A stretch of DNA of 59,637 nt, the filler included, from Basidioascus undulatus (taxonomy: Eukaryota), in NCBI GenBank assembly GCA_000826855.1. It is 3 parts of 3 records of this genome, joined end to end, with 100 filler letters (N's around TTAATTAATTAA, not from the genome) between each part and the next. Parts side by side here need not be neighbours in the genome. Positions count along the whole stretch, not along the records: positions 39,841 to 59,637 come from JTLS01000397.1; 2 more parts are not named here. The stretch is one strand, 5' to 3'. Within the stretch, counting starts at the first letter, position 1, and each line of letters starts with the position of its first letter. Positions 48,049 through 59,637 of the stretch are shown here, one piece after another. The notes under the pieces are model-generated. The model worked only from the letters and a program-made list of their open reading frames with translations. It searched no databases and was not told the origin of the DNA. The translations under genes were made by a program, and so were the position numbers.

Positions 48049-48950
48049 ATGCGCAACTTCGTCCTCGCTTTCCTCACGCTCGCGGCTCATACCGCTCGAG
48101 CGCTCCCGTTTGCAATCAAGAATGTGATTGAGCAGTGCTCCCCCGGGCCTGTCACGCTCAGTACGTCGGTCGCCATGCGCGTTCAAACTTTCGCTGATAA
48201 ACCTGATTTGCTTCGCAGACTCCAACTTCACCTACGGAGTGTTCTCCAATACCCGCAGTCCCTCTTCTCCCGTCGGTTCGGATAAGCAGGTTATCAGCTT
48301 TTGCGGGGCGACGCTCGTTCTTTCTTTGCCGTCGAACGCGTCTGTGCGGCCCGACCCGGTGCGCGAGCGGCCCCCTGGAATGCCGGCAATGAAGGCCTGC
48401 AGGAAGTCATCTGGCCGATACTCTAAGAGCGCGCTGACGGGAACGTCGTCGTCCGCGGGGACTGCTTTACGACAACTCGACCGGGGAATGGTCGCTCCAG
48501 GAGAACGGGACCGTCGAGCAACAGAACTAGGGCGGCATTATGGGCATCCCCACCATGCCCACCGCAAACGCAGTCGAAACCGGAGAGTGGGAAGTGAGGT
48601 TTGTGAGCTTGATTGTCAGAACGTGTATACCTCCTCGCTGAACGCAGGGCTTTGAAGACAGTGTGACCCAAACGACTTGGTATGGCTCGAAAGGCTACGA
48701 CGTCGACGAGCGACCCAAGCTGGGCAGCGGGAACTTCATCTGCATTGCCCCGCCCTTCTCGAGTACGGACTCTTTCGACTTCCTTCTTTGCCGGTTGAAG
48801 TTCACTGACGGTTTCTCTCACACCAGGCGAAACCATCACGACCTCTGTCAAGTTCACTGTGACTGACCAAGGGAGCGAGATGACTTCCACCAGCGAATAC
48901 CAGGAAACGCAGGTGCAGGCTACGTACAGCCCTTCTCCTACAGGAGAGGT
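48049..48950 (+). pseudogene. Secreted orphan protein, disrupted
   Basis: Signal peptide MRNFVLAFLTLAAHTARALP and canonical introns. Exon 2 has frameshifts and stops (VIWPIL*ER; EQQN*GGIMG). Confidence 0.5.
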
Positions 48951-49432
48951 ATACGACTGGGCCGGGGGGCGCTTGGAGATGGGGATGAGTGGTCTCGCCC
49001 TTAGGGTTACTTGGGCGATTGTCGCAGCTTTGGCGTAATTGAAGTGCTGTATAGCGGAGAGCCATGATGGTGCCCTGTCCAGTCCGATGCGGATGACTTA
49101 ATAGTGATGCTGCAAGGTCCTGAGTGTATGCTTGCCGCCGCATCACCTTGCTTCAGGGTCGTCGCAGCAATTCTTCCACGCGTACCCGGGGAACCGTAGC
49201 CCCTGCTTGTCGCAGGCGGCGCAAGCCGATGGCAGTGAATCACGCGAATCTGCTGCTTGGCTGGATAGGTATGGATATGCTGAAATCAGAAACAAACGTG
49301 GCGTCAGGCAAGTACGAAGCATCCGCTGCATGCTGCCCAGACTGACATCGTGCCCTCGTATCCTATGGCATCTCAATCCATCTGACCCTACCCAACCTAT
49401 CGGGCTCCTGTCCCCCAAGATCCACACAAAGC

Positions 49433-50895
49433 CTACAACTCGTCCCGTCCCGCACCCACAACGACCGGCTCCGGCGTCTCTGCCACGCCCCACCTCTCCT
49501 CTTGCCCATCCCCTTCCGCATGCGACAGCTCCTCCGGCACCGGTGGCGGCGCCGCTGCGTTATCGTCCGCCTGGAGTGGAGGCGCGCTCACGTCTGTCGA
49601 GCTGTCGAGCGTTGAGCGCGGGGGCGCGACAGGGTTGCCTTCCTCCGGTTCGGGACGAGGTGCGGAGTCGATGTGCGCCTTGTCCGCGTCCGCGTCGGCA
49701 CCTGCGCCCGTGTCCGCAACGGGTTGAAGGAGGTTCTCGTCCGGCACGAGCGTATCGCTAAGGCGCGGAGGCTCCTTGACCTCCTCTTGCGCCTCTTCCC
49801 GCGCAAGCCCCACCGGCCCGACTCCTCCTCGCCCGCCAAAACCGGGGAGTAGTCCTACTCCCCACCCAAGCACGGCGACTCCCCTGTCGACAACCCGGCG
49901 CTTGACAATCCAGGCGACGCAGAGGAGGAAGAACGCGAGGGCGGCGAGGATGAGGAGGCGGTCGAGGACGTCGCCGCGCTCGAGGGAGGAGATGAGGCGC
50001 TTGGAGGTGTCGAGCAGGTTGTGGAGCGACAGGTGCTCTGTGTAGGTCATGCGGAGAGTCGTTGTGGATTCGTCTGTATGCCAGGGGCAGGATTCATCGG
50101 TTTCTTAGTCTGGCTTGGTGATGATGGGACGAGCGGAGGAGAGGAGAGAGGCGCACCGAGCAGCTGCACAGACAACGTGGACCGCTCCAGCTCCTGCTGC
50201 ATCAGCGCCGTTGTCCGCCTCAACGCCGAAGTCACGTCGTTCGTAGCGCTCATGACCGCGTCGTCCGTGCTTCCCGTCCCATCCAGGCCCGCGTCAGCAT
50301 CTTCTCTTCCCTCCACTTCCCTCTGTTAGGGACGGCGACGACCCACCTGGCGTTCCTCAGCTTCTCGTCAGCCGACACCGTCGGATCTCCTGCACCAAGC
50401 AACTCAAAGCGCTCCTGCGAGTCACGTACTGCGTCGACCGCCTTCTTCGAATGCAGCAGCGCGGCGCGATAATCTTGTCGAGCTCTGTTCCTCCCCGTCA
50501 GCGCACTTGTCCGCCGCTGGCCAGTTTAATCTCTTCCCACCACGCTACTCACCTTCCAAGCCTTCTCTCCTCGACTTCCAACTTATCTCTCAGCGCCTCC
50601 CTCTCCCGCCGAGATTCAACACTATCCTCCACCTCAACCTTCGCTACCTGCCCCATGGCAACCTCATCCCGAATCAGCAACCAGCCTCCTCCTCCCCTGG
50701 CCCTCTACGGGCAAAACTCACCTCGCATCGCCTCCCAACTTCATCCAGAGCCTCCCTGAGCTCCGCTCCCAGTTCGGCGTGTAGCGTCTGCGGACCGCGG
50801 CACGACCGGAGTCGTGGGAGCTGGTAGCTCTCGATGTCGTGTAGGCGGCGGCGAATGGGCTCGAGGATATCAGGGGTGGATGGGAGAGGTGGCAT
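49433..50895 (-). CDS. SEC20: ER SNARE Sec20/BNIP1, 5 exons
   Basis: DVTSALRRTTALMQQELERSTLSVQLL|DESTTTL...LLDTSKRLISSLERGDVLDRLLILAALAFFLLCVAWIVKRR. The luminal tail ends in RDEL*. Confidence 0.92.
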
Positions 50896-51634
50896 GATAC
50901 AGTGCAGTTCGTTCGAGGTGTATGTCCAAGAGATGAGCAAGGGAAAAGAGCTGAGGTGGGGTTCGTATGATGGTGTGGGGGAAGGAGAGCTACGCGCCTT
51001 CACATGTCGGTGTTTGGGTCGCGTTTTCTTTCTTTCTGGGGGGCTTGCGAGATAGCTTCGCCTACAGTCTCACCGTCGATGTGTGGAAGCTTGGAGAAGC
51101 GCGTGGGCTGGAGTTGAAACATGCTTCATTATTCACTGTTAAGTATTTTGAGGACTGAAAGCAAGGAGGGTCGGGCACACCTCAAGTAATGGACACGGAC
51201 ACGGACACGCAGCAGCCTGCCGTGTTACAAGGCAACATCGAAGATATCCATTGTTTTGATTAAAGTCTTTGCCAACCAGGCCCTGTCATGGGCTGGAACT
51301 TTGGAGATTGGCTTATCTCGCCGATCTCCGATGTATAACGTGAAGTTCTTGCCATACCGAGGACGTGGCGTGCATCCCGCATTGACTCCACGGCACAGGA
51401 GCACCTGAGAAGGAATTTTTTTGAAAGGACAAATTCGCCTTTATGACCGCTGTATATACTCGCAGTTTGTGTCCTCCTCGCGCCGTGGCGGGGAGTGAGG
51501 TTGTTTCCCAGGCACGAGTTCGCGGCGCAGTTGCAGCGCTCCCGTCCCACTCACGCATAAAAGCTGAGATCAATGTGGGAGTCGATCTGTATCTTCCCCT
51601 TGATCCATCAAATCCACCAGAGCCACCACCGACG

Positions 51635-52029
51635 ATGCACACCTTCACAATCACCACAGGCAGCGCACTTCTTGCTCTCCTCGGCGCATTCAGCGTGGTG
51701 TCTGCGGCCCCTGCTCCTCAGGGTACGTTCCCATAATTATCTCAAGTCTTCAGTTACATCCTGCAGTATGCTCATCTACAAATTCCCGACGCAGCTACCG
51801 GCATCGGAGCACCGTCGTCCGCCGGCGGATTCCCTGGTCTCTTCCCGCCCAGCAGACCCAGCATTGGACTTCCATTCCCGGGCCTCCCTCGTCCCATACC
51901 CATACCTCCCCCCGGCCGTTTTGCCCAACCTGTCCTACGTGCCTAAGCTGCCCCTCGCCTTTCGGGGATGACGTGGGGTTTGGAGGGCCCGGGATCGGCC
52001 CTCCGGGTCCTCTACCCATCGCTTCTTGA
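51635..52029 (+). CDS. Small secreted Pro/Gly-rich protein, possibly truncated by a frameshift
   Basis: MHTFTITTGSALLALLGAFSVVSAAPAPQ|ATGIGAPSSAGGFPGLFPP...PIPIPPPGRFAQPVLRA* (stop ~51946). A Pro/Gly-rich continuation GFGGPGIGPPGPLPIAS* lies in another frame. Confidence 0.55.
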
Positions 52030-52940
52030 TAAAGTCAAGCTGGGTGAGTGGTTTACTTATTATGTGCAAGTGTAAAGATTAAGTTCTAAAGTTTCTCGAA
52101 TTGGTCTCGACAATCGCAGTGAGGCAGACCAGACAGCTCAGCCGTTGGATGCGGTCTGTATGATGGAAAGGCGCTGGAGACGATGCATGGTTGCGTAACG
52201 GTCGAATGCCTTGGTTGTTGAAGACTCCGCATGTAAACAAACCTATCCCAAAGCAGCCTTTGTGGTCTTCAGGGAACAGTCCGATGGAGTTCAGCTGCAC
52301 ATTTCCTCCAGCGCTTGCGTGTTAATGGCCTTCAGAACCTCTAGTAGCCATGATCCATCAAAGTGAATACTGGATTTTCAAATTTTTGAATAAATATTCC
52401 AATCTTTTAGCTAGTGGTATGCCTGTAAACTTTGGGATGGTGATGGCAGGAGCTTGAGACTGGGTGAAAGCTAAGACTGGAACTCATACTCATACTCATA
52501 CTTTTTAGTGAAGGCATGAGTATGTGTATAGGTATGAGGATGTATGTCCATACTACCTCATATATGTGACATTCACCTCGCACATGCGAGGCAGGCAAGA
52601 AGACAGTGAAGGCGGAAGAAGAGAATGAGCCGCAGTTGCCGCATTCTTGTCGTGGAGTCGAATCCCAGCGACGCGCGAGCTTCGGCCGGTTCCTCGCAAT
52701 CCGCTCGAATCCCGCGCTGAGTAGCTGACAACACTCAACAGCCGGCCTAAAAACAACCTTGTGACGGCGATTCAGAATAGTGAATTGCCGTTTGGAGTGA
52801 CGGCACAGCTTGAAAAGACATACATTGAAATCGAACTCGGAAGCAAAGCGTGACTGTCGCCACCTAGGCACCTCATTCAAATTCCCTTTACTCATCTACT
52901 GGATGCAAACAGTCAATGGAAACCGCCAAGACTGGGCACG

Positions 52941-53720
52941 ATGCCACCCACCAGCCCTTTTAAGGTCTGTGGTTCTTTTGATGGCCCTCAAACATCCCTC
53001 TGAGCACCGTGTTGCCCTGTGCGTAGACCATTCCTAGCGCATACAGTGGATTATTGTTGAGTTTTTGTCTCTCCGCAGTTTGTACTGTCCCAAACATGGG
53101 CTTTATTTACTTTCGTCACGACTGCCGCCACTGTCGTTGTGGGGATGGCACATGACAGCCTTCCCCGCACCAACGGAATCGGCAAGCTTACCGGTGAAGG
53201 CTTTCAGGACGAGGAGGCCGTCGTCAAGCAAGCCATTGACCACTATTCCAAGCTATTCCCGAATCACAACATCCTCATTTTCACCAACACGGTCATATCA
53301 CGCCGAGATTTAAAAAATATTGTGCATCAGGCCGGAATGAAGACCTCATACTTGCCGTACATCAACCTCGGCAGCAAGGGCTATGTCATTTTTCAGACCC
53401 GCGCCGGTAAAGCACGCAACAAAGCCGAAAATCCAGCGTGGTCCAAGCCTTTCTGTGGGCAGGTACGACCCTCCTTGAGAATGCCATTAAGGTAAGGTGA
53501 ATTAGAGCCCGGTGAGCAGGTGACGCCGAGTGGGGAGGGGAACTCTCTGCCCCGCAAGCCAAGGACGGTAGCGATGGACAGCACCAGTGTTTGGAAGATA
53601 GCTATTCCGCTCCCATTCACGGTGCCAAGGCTGCTCACCCTGACGTTCATGATGATGATGTGCAACATTGGAGGACGAAGTAACCGGCGATGCTTTCAAA
53701 GTTGTTCGTTTACTGTGTAA
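52941..53720 (+). CDS. Hypothetical, probably secreted small protein (3' end uncertain)
   Basis: MPPTSPFK|FVLSQTWALFTFVTTAATVVVG (signal-like), then an open exon ...VVKQAIDHYSKLFPNHNILIF...GYVIFQTRAGK...FCGQ and an intron at ~53463. Confidence 0.5.
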
Positions 53721-54099
53721 CCTCATCAGTCTCAGATTTGCGATTGAGTGAGGCAAAACAATGCAGCGCACCTGAGCAGCTTGCGCGGAGGCGCCGTCGA
53801 AGCCTTCCACGTCCTTGACAAGAACGCATCTTCCTCCGATCTCTACGATGCGGCCCATATACTTGGAGACCCCGTCAGTACATGAAAACCAAGAGCGCCC
53901 AGTTTGGTCAACACACCTTGATCTCCGCCTGTCTTTGTGTCTCCCATCACTTGATCCCTGACGCGGAGTGTCAGGCCAAACAGCAGGTTCAACAAGGTGC
54001 CTTGAGGGTGCATTTGCGTCATAAGTGCTTCAGGATATTATTCAGAAGCTTAAGCATTTAACTCAATACACTCAACAAGAAACAAAAACTCTGTTCAGT

Positions 54100-55880
54100 T
54101 CTCACAGGGTCGGTGAGTGGCTTTTGGGGTCGAACCTGGTGATCTCTTGCCGTCGTCTCAATCTCTTACGTGCTGCAAGAATGAAGTGCCCCAGCGGCCC
54201 AACAACGCTATTTGACTGCATTACGAGGGACATATTCTGAAAACAAAAGGCGGCACAGTCTTCGACCGTGTTTTGAGGGCCCGGTATAGGTGGTACGGCG
54301 GAAATGCTCGCCAGTACCGCCGGTAGGCGGGATCGGAGCGAGTACAAAAGCTACCTACATTTTGGAGCTGCAGTTTCCATGTCCCAGACCATGAAAGTGC
54401 CCGGTCCCGGTGGTATGTCGGCGATACCCGAGTCCATTCTACCTGATCCCATAGAACCGTTGATATGGCGTGAAGGTCTGCCTTGCACGACCGACCTGAC
54501 GCCGTGCTCCTTTTCCCGCTGCCCTAGGCACCGAGTATGCTGATGACGTTGACGGAGTTGACCCGACACGACGATGTCCCCTACACGTCGTTGCTCTGCA
54601 TGAGTTACGGCCCCCAGGCATTGGAGGTTCAGCTGGGGAGAGGTGATCGTGACAAGGGTGATATCCGGGGAAAGTGAGTGGTGTACGTGGAAGGGAAGGT
54701 GAGATGTGTATTTAGGAATATTACTGCTCGGAGACTGGCGACTTGTTCTGCGTTTTCAGAGAGAAGTGAAAGGGATGTATCCCGGGAAGGTGAGAGAGCA
54801 TGTCTAGTAAGTGATGTATGGACACCGTCTCCTGGACGAGGAGAGCGTCAATCTTCGGAGTTGATGAGTCGTTCAGAAGGCCATGTTGATATTCACGTGA
54901 TCATCGGATGTTATAAAGTAGAATTGTAGCGCCCAAGTTCATGTCATCAGGTGGTTCCGATATCAAGCAAGGAGAGGAAGAAGGTAAGCGTCCTCGGTAC
55001 GGGAAAGAGAAGACTCTCCTCCGCGTGCCTCTGCTTGTGGCGCTCCAGCTATTTTTCCCTCTTCGGGCAGTCGCGGGACGTGGCGCAGTGGGCGTTGCCG
55101 CAGAGTGCGAACTCATCTTTGGTGTGCTCGCACACTCCTTGCTGTCCGAACACTTCTCAGTGAGTGGAGTCAAGTCGGAAGACGGCAACAACATGGTGAG
55201 GAGATTGGAGGGCGAGCTTGGCAGAACGAGCCGCGACCCAGTCCGTGTTGGACTTGAGGGCGAGAACGTCGTCCTCCATAGATGTGGTTAAGGACCTGAA
55301 TATTGTGAAGGCGGTGACGGATAACTGCGCAAATGTCGGGCTGGTTTGCATCTGAGTTAGGGATGGACGAGCACGAAGGACCGGGTAATCGACGTTGATG
55401 AGGACCCGGTTATAGGGTTCCCTCTGCACGAGGGAGAACTCGTGGTCCCGGCTGCCACGAGATTTTGATGGCTTTGCAGCAGCGGTGTAACCGTCAGCAT
55501 GAGAGAACGCGGTGGGTCCGGTGTGGGGCTGAGGTTGGGGGTTTGAGGTCTTCTCCCCCGGCTCCTTCACCTCCTTCCCCAACTTCACCACAATTTCTTT
55601 GGCTTTAGACTTGCCGTTGTTGGTGTTGCTGCTCTGGGCTGGGGGAGCGGCGTTGACAGGAATGAGATGCTTCGCGAGAGCGAGCAGGATAGTCATGTTG
55701 GCCGCGTTGATGGTCGCATTGACCAAGTTGTCCTGCTTCTTCTTGTTCGGGCTCTCGAGTTCATCAAGTTTTGGTGCAATCCCTTTGTTGTCTTTGGCTT
55801 GGAATATAAAGCGACTGATACGCAGAACAGAGCCGGCAGCTTAGATGTGGGACTGGCCACGATGAATACACGAAGCAAAC
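54100..55880 (-). mobile_element. Decayed Tad1-like LINE, 5' part (ORF1 gag + APE endonuclease)
   Basis: ORF1 ends in knuckle-like FALCGNAHCATSRDCPKR. ORF2 starts at 54942 with MNLGATILLYNIR*SREYQHGLLND...DALLVQE, then RAVIFLN, SPDITLVTI, PPGPGTF. Many stops and frameshifts. Confidence 0.8.
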
Positions 55881-56118
55881 TCAGTGAGGTTTTACGCTAA
55901 GGAAATGCGCACATAGTTCGACTATGGCCACTCTCATCAGCCGGAGTTCCGTGCCTCAGCAAGACTGCCTAGCTGTTAGACAGCTTCAGCGATTTTTGCG
56001 TAGCTTTTAGAGTGGCAGCCATTCAATAAGCCTTCACATCAGGTTGCACACGATGTATGTTACGAGGAGCTTAATACCAATTCAGTCGTGGAAAGTGAGT
56101 CCCAAATGCATGCGTGCT

Positions 56119-56800
56119 CTACTGCGGCAGAAAATCCCGGTCCTTCCCCTTTCCTCGCATTAGGCGCTTGATGTGGGAGACCAGCGCCGGCTCGAATGCG
56201 CCATCAACTGTGTCCAGTCTGCCGACACAGGCTGCTAGGCGAGTGACGTGACCTTTAGAGCTCTTTCTCCTATTAACCTCTTCAAATATCGCTGGACCGC
56301 TCTCGAGAGGCAGCGGACGACAGCCCGGAAGTTCCGCCAGGTCGCGCCGCTCGAGCGAGCGAAGTAACATCAGACCTTTGAGGTTCCGGCCGTACTGTTG
56401 TCAGCCTGTTGGCATAGATTCCGACTGTGTCTCCGCGATGGAATGCTCCATCAAGATCCAGGTCTCGCTGGTCGAGCCGGGCAAGATCATCTACAAGGAA
56501 CGGTCGACTGGCGTTAACGAAGTCTCTGAAGATATTCTATAGACGACACAATGCCTACCTCGAACTCGCCGGAGCCAAAATCGATCTAAAGCTCGGGGGC
56601 ATGCGCAACGTTCATGACGCCGGCCTGCTCCAAAGCAACAGCCATAGCGAGGTAAATGATTGTCGCATTCATGCCTTCATTGGCGGGATCGGCGAGGGTG
56701 ACGAAATCTCTAATGCTGGAGACGAGCCACGCTAGCTCAGGGTTGGCCATGAGCATGTCGGACGGCGGTCGCAATTGGTCCGGTGGCATTGATTCGACGA
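56119..56800 (-). pseudogene. Orphan gene remnant between the LINE pieces
   Basis: Coding-like blocks (ELAWLVSSIRDFVTL...IIYLAMAVALEQ; LMLLRSLERRDL...) interrupted by TAG/TAA. Confidence 0.3.
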
Positions 56801-57339
56801 AGGAGGATACAGGATGAATAGCGGTTCTTGGGGTTTGCGTGTCGGCGAGCAAAGATAATCAGAGTTGTGGTTTATTTGGGAAGTTTGGCCTCTTTATACC
56901 TGCGGTAGCTTTTGGCGAACACAAAGAAAAGCTCGTCGGCAGTACCTCTTAAGCGCGTGCAAGAGACAAGATGTCGCAGGCTCGGAGGGACCACGTCTGA
57001 ATCGCTTTCGCTTCGGATCGCTCAGTCAGGTGCTTGTGAGAGGGGAAGGTACGATCAATGTTGAGAGGCGGGGAAGTGTGTGTAGAGAAGAGAGGAGGAA
57101 AAGGCACGGGCACAGGAGTATGGGTTGCCATATCGCAGGCGTAGACGAGGACCAGTTTAACGTCATGGCTGAGACGGGGCTCTAATCGCCAGCCCAAAGC
57201 ATATGGGGCATGTCGCTGCCCAGGTCGGGCGGGTTTCAAGTCATCGTCAGGACCAGCGATCCTAGGCCGTCGCCGTAGCTGGGATGAACGCGCCTCGTTC
57301 CTAGCAGAGTTACCCTGAGAAAGTCGGCACGCCATGGTC

Positions 57340-59080
57340 TGGCTCATGGAGGGGAAGCGGTCTGAAGCCTTGACGAACTTGACGACCGCCTGGATTGCTT
57401 TCGGGTGGGACAAAAGAGCGTGAGTGCGGAAGGGGAGCTTCAAGGAGAAGATAGTGCTGCGGAGTGGCAGCCACTGAGCACGGTAGCACTTGCAGAAGAG
57501 AAGGTAATAGTCGACGGTCTCCGGTACGCTGCATACCAGACAGTTGGGTATGTCCGAATGAGTAAAGCGGTGTAAGTAGTGCTGCAGCGCAATGTGCTTC
57601 GCTCGAAGTTGGACGATGATCGCAGCATGTGCGCGAGAGAGAGATGTGAGCGTCTTCAGTATTTTCTTCGACGTGGTATAGCCGCGGAGACAGAGATAAT
57701 GAGGGTTAGCGACGCGATGATCAACAGGAGGATGCGGGATAGCTCGAAGCGTAGACGGCTGAGATGGTAGCTGGAAAACGTCAGTCACTGCGCCAGCAGT
57801 CACGAGCTGCTCGCTTGGCGATCTTGTCCACCTGTTCGTTGTCTTCAACCTCCGAGTGTCTCGGGACCCAGCTGATAGTCAGGCTTAAGTTCCGGTGCTC
57901 CTTCACGATAATGTGAACCGTTCTGTGGTTGCGGACTTGTCCGTGTTGCGCCGGAGAGTGCGACGGACGGCGTCGGAGCCCGAACTGCGCTCTGGTTATC
58001 GAGATGGATGAAAACGTGAGACGGGGCATCGTGCGTAAGTAGCCGTGTGGTCAGCATGTCGAGGACTGAAGGACTCCCGCGAGTTCCGCTTCAAAGATCG
58101 AGTGCTTATCGCATGGGCCAAGATGAGTGAGGGTCTGTCCATCCTTCATGAGGAAGGCAGCAGCGCCGACGCCTTCGCCCTTGATCAGGTAGCCATCAGA
58201 GTAATAATGGAGAACGTCAGGACGGCGCGTTTGAGCGACTAAAGCTGCGTGCGAAGTGATAGCATCGTCTTTATCCGAGGTCAGTAACGTTGCCTGGTTT
58301 GGTTTCCACCACGGGGAAACGCAAGCCGTCGAATCTCCTCGATTCCTTGCGGGAAGGCGAGGGCTTTGAAAGTGATGTGCGCATTAGAGGCATGCTTGCG
58401 CCGTTTATTTCCATGCGCGGCTCATAAGAACTTTTGCGGGGTTGGTTAGCGGGAGCGTAAGCGTGCGGGCCAAGGCAGAAGCGACTTTGTGATTGAGATG
58501 CGAGATCGTGGAGGGAATATTACAAATAAGATTGTGAATAGGCGTGGTGCGGAAGGCTCCGAGCATGACGAGCATAGCCAATTTCTGGACCTTCTCGCGT
58601 TCGTAAACTGCTCTGGTGTTCGTGCCGTACTTGTGCCATATCGCAACTGCATAGTCAATTCGGGCGCAGACGAGGGTGATAAAGAACCTCCGGAAATGAA
58701 TGATTGGGATGCCCCACGTTGTACGTGAGAGCGAAGCGAGGGCCATGAGCGTCTTGTAGCCTGATTTGGCTGTTTTGATAGTGTGAGTGTTGAAACACAG
58801 CTTGGTGTCCAGGAGGACGCCGAGATGCTCAATACGGTTGAGATGAGGAAGATGGTGACCGTCAATGCTCAGCGGGGTGACATCTACCTTATTGCGGTTC
58901 TTTATGAACAAGATGTACCGGTATTTCCCTGGGGCTAGGTGTGAGCGATGTGAGGGAGCCCAGGCACCTGCTTCCCTTCCTCGCTCAGTGAGGACGGCGC
59001 GAGTGTCTGCGGCTGTGTTGGCTACGACGAGAGTAAGCACGTCGTCGACGAAGCCGACCATGAGTATGCAGGCTCGACCC
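57340..59080 (-). mobile_element. Decayed, 5'-truncated Tad1-like LINE, 3' part (RT C-terminal half, RNase H, Cys/His finger)
   Basis: VGFVDDV, HLGVLLDTKLCFNTH, WGIP...ARIDYAVAIW, GAFRTTP. RNase H motifs YSDG, FEAELAGV, LDNQSAV, WVPRHSEVEDNEQVDKIAK. Then QLRAKHIALQHYLHRF...CLVCSVPETVDYYLLFC. Confidence 0.92.
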
Positions 59081-59360
59081 AGTAGCAACTTAATGAGGTC
59101 AGCGCTTTTTCCCGTTCTCCAGCAGCTTTCTGTCAAGACTTGTATTGAACGCGCTCTCAGTGTTCCTCACAATAAATTCTCGTTTACATGATAAATCTGT
59201 GCGTGTTGGAATGCTCAAAAAGCCCCAAGCTGAAAGTAAACGAGAGTCTTTCGTTTGCTTGCAGAAGAACACAGCAGACCAACAACGGAGGTCCTATGCT
59301 GTCTTGTGGGCAATGTCGTTTTGATGCTTTGCATAAGTTCGCATAATGCAAGAAGGTTGG

Positions 59361-59637
59361 CTATATGCTATCCACCGTCTCAGTCCCTTGCAAGATGTAA
59401 TCCCTGAAGGGAAAGACAGGCTGTCTTTCCAGCTTTCTGCCACCTCCAGCGCAGGAGTAGTCAGCACTCAACATGTTCCCAGCCGGGAACGTACCAGAAC
59501 AGGGCTGTGAGCGTGCACCTAAGAACAAGAAAGAGGCTTCAGCGCCCGCGCTGACTCTGTGGTTCCTGTTTAGGCCCAAGAAGTCGTCGTCTCCAAGAAG
59601 GACTAGAGCGCTCTCTTCCAGGAGCGAAGAAAGGTAA
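59361..59637 (-). CDS. Possible 3' end of a hypothetical gene
   Basis: Open frame from the window edge with an intron-like GTACGT...GCTGAC...AG, ending TETVDSI*. Confidence 0.25.
   Translation of the reverse strand, partial: YLSSLLEESALVLLGDDDFLGLNRNHRVSAGAEASFLFLGARSQPCSGTFPAGNMLSADYSCAGGGRKLERQPVFPFRDYILQGTETVDSI

Noticed and set aside
16994..56600. Stop-codon reassignment or readthrough to explain in-frame TAA/TAG
   Set aside because: Conserved genes end normally at TAA (RPL12, MCM2) and TAG (Smr, SEC20), and the affected genes also carry frameshifts.
1..59637. Many long overlapping or antisense ORFs in the six-frame track
   Set aside because: They are shadows of GC-rich coding exons, with Arg/Pro/Ser-rich low-information translations.
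1..59637. tRNA, rRNA, CRISPR arrays, pheromone precursor (CAAX) genes
   Set aside because: No convincing cloverleaf, repeat-spacer array or short CAAX-ending ORF seen by eye. An Rfam or tRNAscan run could still find small RNAs.

Overview
Eukaryotic, GC-rich, intron-dense fungal DNA. Short introns with GTGCGT/GTCCGT/GTGAGT donors and GCTGAC branch points point to a basidiomycete, most likely a Pucciniomycotina (Microbotryomycetes-like) yeast; this assignment is inference. The window is three contigs joined by two artificial 100-bp spacers (N44-TTAATTAATTAA-N44). Apparently intact conserved genes: Smr-domain protein (3' part), RPL12, rhomboid protease PCP1, TFIIIC delta subunit, TAPT1/EMP65, a MATA-type HMG-box factor, MCM2, NDUFB2, EMI1/DUF3128, a RING-H2 protein (5' end lost at a gap), CENP-O/MCM21 and SEC20. 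A 23-exon S10 carboxypeptidase carries one apparent frameshift. Between these genes lie about ten intron-containing genes broken by stops and frameshifts (CYSTM, metallophosphoesterase, SRPK-like kinase, CBM19-like and other secreted proteins, orphans). The right end holds decayed Tad1-like LINE pieces. I found no clearly novel multi-gene system. The most notable signals are selective decay of accessory genes, pairwise disulfide loss in the carboxypeptidase, 3-, 5- and 8-nt microexons, a long RPL12 5'UTR intron with a distant branch point, a degenerate TFIIIC zinc finger, and clustered MCB sites upstream of MCM2. All gene models and family assignments were made by eye from remembered motifs, without database searches.
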